This document shows, in pieces, positions 1-10,400 of a DNA stretch of 64,000 nt (position 1 is the stretch's first letter; each line of letters starts with the position of its first letter). This stretch comes from Azolla caroliniana (lineage: Eukaryota; Plantae; Polypodiophyta): the NCBI GenBank assembly GCA_043228905.1, contig JBHGNT010000005.1, forward strand, positions 7,378,001 through 7,442,000, in the 5' to 3' direction. The notes beneath the pieces were generated by a model. It was given only the letters and a program-made list of their open reading frames with translations, searched no databases and had not been told where the DNA came from. Both the position numbers and the translations under genes were made by a program.

Positions 1-1140
1 CGCTAGCGAGAAACCCACACAATCCCCACCAGGAAAGTGAGCGGTTGTGACCCCCACTGAAACTAGAAGGTGAGCGATCGAAATCGGTCCTCGCCAACAG
101 AAAGTGGCGTGAGACTTGAACTATAATGAAAATGTAGTGCAAGCGAGCAATGATCTAATCCCCACTAGGAAAGTGAATGGTTTTGACCCCCACCAGAATT
201 GGGAAGGTGAGCGATTGAAAGCACTCCTCACCAAAACCGTGATGCAAAATGATACGTAAAAATGATGATAAGTAGTGTTGATGACGACGATGGTTGGGCG
301 AAGAGGTGCTGAAAATGATGATGTCGAATATAAGGATGTTGATGACGGTAACTCTGAAATCAAGGATGGTGATGATGGTAACTCTAGAAGCAAAGTCGAT
401 GAAGAAGATGGGTGATGCTCCTAGTTGTAAGGGATTCAAATTGTCATGGACACACCAAGCGCAGACTAGGACGGAGCACAGATGATGGGGCTACGAGGGA
501 AGGATGAACTTGGAGGTAGATGTGACAAGGCTAGGAACTGTAGATGTTGTGAGCGACATGAGGGCATGAAGACAGAAATAAAGACCGAGGAGACAAAGAT
601 GAGGCGAAACGAGAATACTAGATTGATGTGTCAATCATTGGTGTTGAATCCCTTGAAAGGAACCAAGGATGTTAGAAGTATTTATACAATTTCCGAGATT
701 GAATATCTCTAGAATATACTCGAGAAATATCTCTAGAATATACCCGTTTAGAATATACAACAGAATAATTCTAGAATATTGTGAAATGCACATAAGAGAT
801 CAAAACCAGTCTACTTAGCTTCTTACTTCTTAATCAATTTATAGTTGATACAATGGAACCCATTTGGGTTGGCTTGGCTAAAAAGGGTGTGCTAAAAGGG
901 TGGGTCATTTTGGGCACACACATCCTAAAAAGGGTGAGCTAAAAGGGTGGCACAAAGGAACACATGCACACCATAATATACTAACGACTAGAATATTCTT
1001 GAATGTACTAGATACACTAGACTCTACAATATACAAGTTCACAATTAAATGTGGACAGTTCACAAGAGTTTCCATATGGTTAACACAACACAATGCATTG
1101 TGTGTGTTAAAAGTCAGAGGTTCGAGTCTAGAATGTGATA
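1..1140 (-). mobile_element. Tcn1/Tf1-like Gypsy fragment (D0): LTR ~442-1140 plus 5' internal region running off the window
   Basis: LTR edge TGTCATGGACACACC at 442 matches the solo LTR at 38468. Minus-strand TATA at 679-686. Self-priming PBS (430-440) is complementary to LTR 644-654. The right LTR edge is approximate. Confidence 0.6.
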
Positions 1141-1956
1141 GTCTCCCCATGTCTTGGTTCCTTGTCCGATGTCAAGTGAGGCATGTCGAGATGCTAGAGA
1201 CCGAGCATCTCTGAAAAGTGCTGCAACTTGTCCGATCTGAGCAGCTTGGTGAAGATGGCGGCAACCTGCCGATCCGTGTGAACATACCGAAGTTCAACTT
1301 CACCGTTGAGGACCCACTCATGCACAAAGTGATAATGTACTTCTATGTGCTTTGTCCGAGCATGAAATACGGGGTTCATAGTGAGTTGTATGTTGCTTAC
1401 GTTGTCACAATAGATCAGGATCGGGGTCAATACCTCGATCCGGAGGTCTTGCAATATGTGCCGAAGCCATATAACTTTACAAGTGGCAATGGTGAGGCCC
1501 TGATACTCAGCTTCCGTGCTCGACAGAGCTACAGTTGGCTGCTTTTTGCTGCTCCATGCAACAGCCGCGCTACCAAGAGAAAACATGTATCCAGAGGTGG
1601 ATTGGCAATCCGATGCATCACCAGCCTAGTCGGCATATGTATATCCGGCTAGCTTTTCAGTTATACCGTGTGGGTATAACATACCCTTATCCTTAGTGCC
1701 ACTAACATACCAGAGTATCCGGTGTGCGCACTGAAGGTGCTCCATGGTCGACTTCTACATGAATTGGCTAATCACTCCGACCAGATAACTGATGTCGGGT
1801 GGGGTGATAGTTAAGTAGATAAGGCTTCTGACAATCTGACAGAACCGTTTCTCGTTGCAGGACGGGCCGGAGTCAGGACATAGCTTCAGGTTTCGGTCCA
1901 GGGGTGTGGAGATCGGTCGGCAATCCGTCATGCCGAACTTGTACAACATATTCAAC

Positions 1957-2064
1957 ACATAATGTCGTTGTGAGAGCAATATGTTGTCGGGGGTATGGAT
2001 CACCTCGATCACATAATGTCGTTGTGAGAGCAATATGCTGTCGGGGGTATGGATCACCTCGATC
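1957..2064. repeat. 54-bp in-frame tandem duplication in C0 RT
   Basis: IEVIHTPD[S/N]ILLSQRHYV appears twice in ORF 1755-2276. Confidence 0.85.
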
Positions 2065-4517
2065 CCTAGAAAATAATGAAGGTCCCCCAGGTCCTTCATT
2101 TCAAATGCATCTGACAACTGGGACTTCACTCGACCGATTTCATTGACCTCGGGTCCGGTGATCACTAGATCATCTACATATAGCAGGATACATACCAAGC
2201 TATCCAGACCTTTCTGGATGAACAGAGAAAAGTCGGATTTTGAGGTCGTAAAACCCATCTTACACAACTGGTGCATGATTTTCGCATTCCAAGCTCGGGG
2301 GGCTTGCTTTAGACCTTAAAGCGACTTCTTGAGTCGGCACACTACCGACTTGTTCATCTCTGACTGAAATCCAAGGGGTTGAATCATATAGACTTGTTCT
2401 TCAAGATCACCTTGAAGAAACACATTCTTCACATCCATTTGATGAAGATGCCACCCCCTTGCCGCAACAACCGCCAACACCACACGAACCATTGTCATCT
2501 TCGCTACCAGAGTGAAGGTTTCGTCGTAGTCAATTCCGTGGGTTTGCCCGTATCCCTTTGGCACTAACTGGGCCTTGTACCAGTTGACTGAACTGTCGAC
2601 GTTGTACTTCACCTTATATACCCACTTACAACCAATCGGTTTACATTGTCAGGGAGGGTCAACCAGGTCCCATGTGTCATTGGCATCTAGTGCCCGCATT
2701 TCGTCCTCCATTGCGGCACGCCAATTCGCATCTTTCGCCGCTTCTGCGTAGCTCTTCGGCTCACGCACTTCTGCCACTTTTGTCATGTATGCATAGTGAT
2801 GCACTATGTATTCATTGTACCTGTACCTTTTGACGGGGTTCTTTTGGCGGGTCAATCGGCGTAACTTTGCGTTCGCCGATTGCAAGGCCCTCTTGGCCGA
2901 CTCAGACTTTGTTCCCGAAGGTCCATCTTCGTTCTTTCCGGAGTTTGATTCACTATGATCTGACTCGTCTCTACCGGTGTCATACTCCGACATCTTCTTC
3001 TTCCCCTTTTCCTTACGTGTGAGCCGTCTCCTCGGTTCTTTACGTAGGGAGAGTAGAGCTCGAGTCATCACTGCTCTGCCGGCTCATCATCTTGTTGGTC
3101 CTTCCGATTTAGCGCTTCATTCGGCCCGCTCAACCGAAATGAGATCGGACTCTCATCTAGAGTACCAAATTCTTCTTCTTCTTTTGCTGGTCCTTCCGAC
3201 TCAACGCTTCATTCGGCCCGCTCAGCCGAAATGAGATCGAACTCTCATCTAGAGTACCAAAGTCTTCTTCTTCTTCTACCTGGATCATTTTGGGCTCACT
3301 GGCCTCATCCTCCGGAATCGGGTCAGAGTCGGACATCAGAGCCGATAGAGAGTACCATGATGCTAACTCATCAAATTCGACATCTCCGCTCAATCGAACT
3401 TGTTTTGTCTGGGGGTTATAGCACTTATACCCCTTCTGCTCATGAGAGTAGCCGACTTGTATGCATCTCTCTAACTTTGGGTCCAGCTTCCTCCGGTTCT
3501 CATCCAATACATGCACATAGGCTATGCTACCGAATATCCTAAGGTGCCTCAAGTTCGGCTTCCACCCGAAATACAACTTGTGTGCTGCCACCTTATCCCC
3601 AATCCGGTTTTAGATGTAGATGGCCACCTGGATCGCCTCAGCCCAGTAAAACTTGGGCATGCTCTTCTCCTCTAGCATTGCCCTTACCGTGTCGACAATC
3701 AACAAGTTCTTTCTTTCGGCCACACCGTTTTGTTCCGGTGTGTATATGCAACTGAATTTTCTCTGAATTCCCATTTGTTGCACATAACTGTTGATTCCGG
3801 CCGGAAAAATATTCGTTTCCCGTTCAACTAGACTTTGCAAGTTCCGGAAACAGTCGAAAACCACGCTTTTCCTTTCAATTAGGTTGATCCATGTGTGCCG
3901 GGTGTAGACAAAATATCAGCTCCCGCCAGGACTAACATTTTGTGCTGGCCCCCATACATCTGAATGTATTAGATCGAGCTTGTTATGGCTATGGTTTGTT
4001 TCGGTGGGGAAGGGAAGTTGGTGTTGCTTCCCGAGTTGGCAGGCGTCACAAATTTGGGCCTTCCGGCCACCAAATTTCGGCAATCCGAAAACAACTTGTT
4101 TCAATTGCTGATCCTGAAGCCTTCGGTAGTTGACGTGGCCTATTCGCTTGTGCCAGATATCGATGTTTGATTCAATTTTCTATCCTTTGGTAAACAAGGC
4201 GGTGCCTACACATTGGTGTCGAGGATAAACATTCTCTCATTCCTGCACCCTTGCGCGATTATCCGACCTTCTTCATCAAAGAAGCACCCGAAGTGCGTAA
4301 ACCGCACCCGCATCCCTTGATCGACGATCTGCCTGACCGACACTAGGTTCTTTGTGATTGTCGGAACATGTAGTACGTTCATCAACTTTCCCTTTTGTCC
4401 GACATGGCTTCAAGGGACTTCTCTGACATGCACAATTAGGTGGGGAGTGTCGTCTCTAGTTTCGACAACTCCTAGTTGCTCTAGCTTTCTAGAAACAAGA
4501 ACCACTTTTCATGGCTC

Positions 4518-5176
4518 TGTTGGGATTTCGGTCCCTCCGGATGGGATGTCCGGAGATGAATGACGGCAAGCCTGGTTACGGTTACGGAACCGGAGGATGA
4601 AGAGTACCCGGTTACGGAGCCGGATGACGAAGAGAAGACCCCGGCTACGGAGCCGGATGATGAAGACCCGGCTACGGAGCCGGATGATGAATGTACCCGG
4701 AGAGAGATCCGGATGCAGGGACATATTTGTGAATATGTTTGCCAAGGGCTCTTGAGGCTATATTTGTAAATAGCCCGAAAGTCATATGTGTATAAATATG
4801 ACTTAGGGCAAACAGTTGCTGTTGTTGCTCATTTTTCTGTGTATCGCCACTCTTATGTGAGCAAGAGAGTGAAGAGAGCAGCCGAGAGAGAGAGAGAGAG
4901 AGGGAGAGAGATGAAGAGGTCGTTGCCTCTGTGTATTACCGCCGCCTGTGGCGAGGACAGTGAGCTCAAGGTTGTTGCCTTGTAGCTCCACCATTGTACA
5001 TCTCTGATTATAGTGATAGTTGGAGTTTGAGGACTCCCGTGGTTTTTTCCCATTAGGGTTTTTCCACGTAAAACATCCTGTGCACTCTTCTCTCTATTGT
5101 CTTCGTGCATTTCGTATTTCCTGTTTTCTGTGAGTTGATCCTATTCCTCGGTTGTGGCCGAGCACTGTGTTCAACA
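4518..5176 (+). repeat. Copia A 5' LTR, with 24-30 bp CCGG-rich tandem repeats in U3 (~4575-4700)
   Basis: Direct repeat of 18648-19310; TATAAAT at ~4791. Confidence 0.95.
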
Positions 5177-5207
5177 AAGTGGTATCAGAGCAACGGTAAC
5201 ACAGAAA

Positions 5208-6923
5208 ATGGAAGGCGGCGGTAGTGGGCCTCCGGGCATGATGGTGTTGAACTCACAGAACTACGCCGACTGGAAGATAAAGATGGAAGACCTTCTCATC
5301 GTCCGAGACCTGTACGAACCGATCGACAATGCCGAGATACCCAAGGGGGTAATAGAGTCGGAGTGGAAGCTCCTGAACCGGAAAGCCGTAGCGACGATCC
5401 GGCAATATGTCGATGTAAGCGTCCTACAACATGTGGCGAACGACACCAACGCATATGAGATGTGGAAGAAGCTGTCGGGCCTCTACGAGAGGAAGAATGC
5501 GTTGAACCGGACCTCCCTGATGAGGAAGATAGTGAACCTCAAGTACCGGGACGGCGAGAATATGGTGGAACACGTAAGCACGTTCATGGGATTCGTGAAC
5601 CAGCTTGCGGCGATCAAGTTCCCGTTGGAGGATGCAATGCAAGCCATCATCTTGATGTGTACATTGCCGGAAAGTTGGGAGAACTTGGTGGTGACTCTCA
5701 GCACCTCCTGCACCGAAGATAACTTGTCTCTACAAACGGTAAAGACAAGTATTTTGAACGAAGAAGCGCGTCGGAGAGATAAAGAACTGGCCTCCGACTC
5801 GAAGGCGCTGCTTACCGAATCGGAACGGGGAAGACAACGGAACCGGAGTCCGCAAAGACGGGAGAAGTCGGGGACCCGGTCGCAGTCAAGAGGAAGACCC
5901 ACATGCTTCCACTGTGGGAAGCCGGGGCACTTCCGGAAGAATTGTCGGCATTACCGAAAAGACAACGGAGCCGACGACACCGATTCGAAGAAGTCACCGG
6001 AGCGAAACGGTGCATACCGGGGAGCCACGGACCGGAGAGGTCCGGATCGGCGAGGGCAGGACCGGAAAGGAACGACGGCACTCGCAGCAAGTGATGAAGA
6101 GATAATGCTCATTACCGAAGAGAAGGAGCTGAACCTTGCCGGTGAAGAGATGACCTGGGTGGTCGATTCCGGAGCGTCGTTCCACCTGACCCCGGAGAAG
6201 AAATACTTCTCATCCTACACAGCCGGTGAGCACGGCTGTGTCCGGATGGGAAATGAAGGTACATGCCGGATCGCCGGCATAGGAGACGTGTGGCTGATGA
6301 CATCAACCGGATGCAAGATGCTGCTGAAGGATGTCCGACACGTTCCGGAGGTTCGATTGAACCTGATTTCGGCCGGGAGGCTAGACGATGAAGGCTACAC
6401 AGGTAGCATCCGGAACGGCATAATGAAGTTCAGCAAGGGGAGCCTGATAGTGGCTCGGGCCCGGAAGGTCAACACGCTGTACCTGATGAATTCCCGGCTA
6501 TGTCCGGAGGAGCTGAACGTGGCAGCTGACACTGCCGGTGAACTGTGGCACAAGAGACTGTGCCACATGAGTGAGAAGGGGATGAAGAGGCTTGCAGAAG
6601 ACAACCTCATTCCAGTGAAGCATGTGCACCTGGAGAAGTGCACCGACTGCCTGGCCGGTAAGCAGAACCGAGCCTCCTTCCACTCAAGGCCACCGACGAG
6701 ACGTAGTGCACCATTGGAGTTGGTGCACACTGACGTGTGTCAAGTAGAAACGAAGTCACATGGCGGAGCCCAGTACTTCGTGACATTCATTGATGACCAC
6801 AGTCGGAAGCTGTGGACGGCACCGTTGAAGACAAAGGACCAAGTTTTGTCCGTCTTCAAAGAACTCCACGCGAGAGTGGAAAGGGAATCCGGCAAGAAGC
6901 TGAAGGCGATACGAGCGGATAAC
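5208..6923 (+). CDS. Copia A gag-protease-integrase (5' part of gag-pol)
   Basis: Zinc knuckle CFHCGKPGHFRKNC, protease WVVDSGAS, integrase HHCC and VHTD; broken at IRADN by the G1 insertion. Confidence 0.93.
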
Positions 6924-7390
6924 TGTTACCCGGACCCGGACAGTCAGTTTTACCGAACAGGTGGGAAAGCGTCGAAAAACAGAGTCGGTTCGGATCGACT
7001 GTTCGGATCAATGACTCAGCAGTAAAACGAAGAGAACTAAGTTAGTTAGATAATTTTGTAAATCTTGTTAGAGAGTAGGAATAGTTCTTGATGAGAAAAG
7101 ACCTTCGGTATACCTATAAAAGGGAACCAAAGGCATTGTAAGAAAGGTCGTTTTATTTAGTAATATAAGTTTAAGTTAGGAATATCTTGTACGGATTCTG
7201 TGTTTCTCTGTTGTCTATGATCTTAAGTGCAAGCTTCCTAATTTATAGCTAAATAACGATCACGATAATTACTGATTAATATAGCAATTCCGTTCGTAAA
7301 ACACAATTCCTTGTTAGAACGTTGAGTAGCGACGTTCACTCTTCTGTATCGGTAGTAGTTAGTAATTAGCCGATTAACACAGAAGAATTT

Positions 7391-7403
7391 TGGCACGCCC
7401 GGT
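7391..7403 (+). promoter_or_regulatory. G1 primer-binding site, tRNA-Arg-type (TGGCACGCCC), 11 nt downstream of the 5' LTR
   Basis: Resembles the tRNA-Arg PBS TGGCACGCCCAGTGGG recalled for Tat/Ogre elements; the tRNA assignment needs a database check. Confidence 0.75.
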
Positions 7404-7438
7404 TACATCTGCAATTAAGCAGAGAACAATTCGAATGG

Positions 7439-10400
7439 ATGTCGTATGAAGAGGAGGCACCGGTCAGTTGTAAGCGCCCTCGTACAAGGTCAGTTACGAA
7501 GGTAGTGCAGCAAGCGTTCATTACGAAAGAACAGCCGGAATCAAGCACAAAGTGGTCGAAACTCCCTGACTTATCCGATCAATTACCTTCAGACGAAAAA
7601 CAGACGGAAGAGGTATCGTTTTACGACATTTGGGACGATATGCCTTATACTTATTCTAAGTTCCGGGAAGGAACAGATGCAGAAGCACATGTTAGGGATT
7701 TCTTAACGACATGGGAGATTAACCATGGAGCTCAGCGATTGTCGGCAGATGCCGAAGATAAGTCAAAAATCGCTGAGTTTGTCTTATCATTAGACGGATA
7801 TTCCGCTAATTGGTTTGCGCAGAACGGTCTTCAAGGATTTCCATCCTTCGAAGTATTAACTAGTAAATTTTTACAATTATTTCATCAACAAATTCCGCAG
7901 AAGGATTTGATTGCGCAATTTTATGCGTTATATCAAGAAAAAAATGAAACAGTATCTCAGTTTGTGATACGATTTCAGAACTTACAGCTTCAGATTTCAA
8001 GACCGATTCCGGATAAAGAATTAAAAGAAGTCTTTCTAGAAGCTGTAAAAGAACCATTAAGGACGACATTGAAAGTGTTCGATTTTCGAAATCAGACTAT
8101 CGAACAAGTCATTGATAAAGCAATAGAAATGGGTCGACCACCGGTCAATGTTCAGAGTATGGACATGTCGGCATTACACCGAACATTACCAACAATGGAG
8201 GAGTTACAATTTCGACAAGCAGTGCAATGCACCACTTGTTTAAATACGGGGCATTCGGCAATTGACTGTACGTTAAGAACACATTGTACAATATGTCATT
8301 CAAAATTACATTCCGTAGAACAATGTGAATATAATCTGCTTAATAAGACTACAGCGTCAGTACGACAAATTTTTGCTGACAATGGTTACCAAAATAACAC
8401 TAATCTGTTCAATGGTTATCAAAATAATAATTTTTCACAAAATCAGCAAAATGTACAACAGAACCCGGTTCTGCAGCCAAATCAGATCTTTTCACAACAA
8501 AATTTGCAACCCACTCAAGTGACTCAAGCATTTCAACCAGGTTTTGCTCAATCCAACCCACCATTCGTACAGAATCCGAATCAATATTTTCAACAAAATA
8601 ATCAAAGTTTCCAACAAGGTAATCCACCATTTCAAGGGTTTCAACAGAACTGTCCGAATGTGCAACCGAATTCTACATTTCAACCAAATCTGGCATTTCA
8701 ACCGGGTAATATGACTTTTCAACATAATACTCAAACTGTTCCACAAAATAATCAAATGTTTCAACAGAGTAATTTTTCGCCAAATCAGGAGTTCGGGATA
8801 CCACATAATATAGCACAACCAAATGATAATACTGAACAATTTAGGCCGAATAGGTATAAAAACAAGAGATTTTACAAACCAAAAGCTACACGTCAATACC
8901 AACAAAACTCGAATGGTAATGAAGAGCAGCAATTTAATAACGGGCAATTTGCACATGGAGAGACCAGTGCAACATTTGTGCCCACTTGTTACATTTGTCG
9001 ACAACTAGGCCATTATGCTAATCAATGTCCGGTTAAAGGAAAGGGTCCAGCAGTTAATATGGTAATACCGGAAGTTCAGCAAGTAACGACACGCAGCAAA
9101 AGCAAACAATCAGAGTGGGAAATTCAGGAAGAAGTTCGGAAGGCCGCAAAGGAATGGGTGGATGAAGCAAATCAAAGTAATGTGAATCGAATGTTACAAG
9201 ATAATAACATCGACCAGGACATCGTTGTACAACAGTCATTGGAGAATAAGGAACAGGAAGAAACTTGGAAACTGTTGGCTGATTGTCAAGTGTCATTACC
9301 ACTTAAGGGCTTACTTAAGTTAGTACCAAGGTTTACAGAAAAAGTGGCAGCATTAATTACATATAAAGGTTCCGAACAAATAGCAGTACACTACAATCAG
9401 CCAAGTAATAACCCTTCGATCATGGATGAACAGAATCCGTCTATTAAGGTAATACTTTACGGGCAAGAAATCGGAAATGTGATTATAGATGGAGGCTCGG
9501 GTGTTAATGTGATTAACAAAACTACATGTGAAAAACTGGGAATCACGGAATGGGAAGCATGTCCGTTTTGGTTACGAATGGCAGATACAAGTACGGTACG
9601 ACCGATTGGTTTGCTTCGACAACTGGATGTAATAATCGGGGGACACAGTTTTCAGATTTCGGCAGTAATTTTGCAGTTAGAAACACAGGGAGCATACCCC
9701 TTGTTATTGGGGAGACCATGGTTAAAGACAGCTAATATTAAACAAAATTGGAAACAAAATGTGCTAACATTTAGAAAAGGAAAAAACAAGGTCAGGATTC
9801 CGACGCACAACAAAGTGACAACAAGCAAACAGAGTTTACCTGTATATGCAGAAGCAGTTAATATGATGGAAGGATTGGACGAGGAAGAAGAAAGTCAGTA
9901 TTTTGATGATAATCAAAAAATCATCCCTCTATTTGAGGTAGATATTTTGCAAGCATTAACACCATATGTAGACTCACACGAAGAAGTGCCAATCGATGAG
10001 CAAACAATAAAAGAAATACGGATGCAACAAGAAGCTACAGATAAGGAATTGCAGGTATCTCAGAGAGTGCAAGCCTCAGCATTGGAGGAAATTGATTTGG
10101 CAGGAGTAGAGGATGCTGAAAGAAAAACAATCTTGATTGCTAGAGATTTGATGGAAAATGACAAACGGACATTAACAACATTACTATTACAATATAAAGA
10201 TGTTTTTGCATGGTCCTTTGACGATATGAAAGGTCTGGATCCCGCTTTTTGTCAACATCAAATCAATTTGCATAAAGATGCAAAGCCAGTACAACAACGC
10301 AGGTACAGGTTGAATCCGAATTATGCTATCAAAGTAAAAGAAGAAATCGATAAACTCTTAAAAGTAGGATTTATTCGACCCGTCAAAAAATCAACATGGC

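Noticed and set aside
4509-5110. Short ORFs with TEPDDE repeats (also at 18570-19244)
   Set aside because: Translations of LTR U3 tandem repeats.
6924-7025. C-terminal tail CYPDPDSQFY... of the 623-aa ORF
   Set aside because: Read-through into the inserted G1 LTR.
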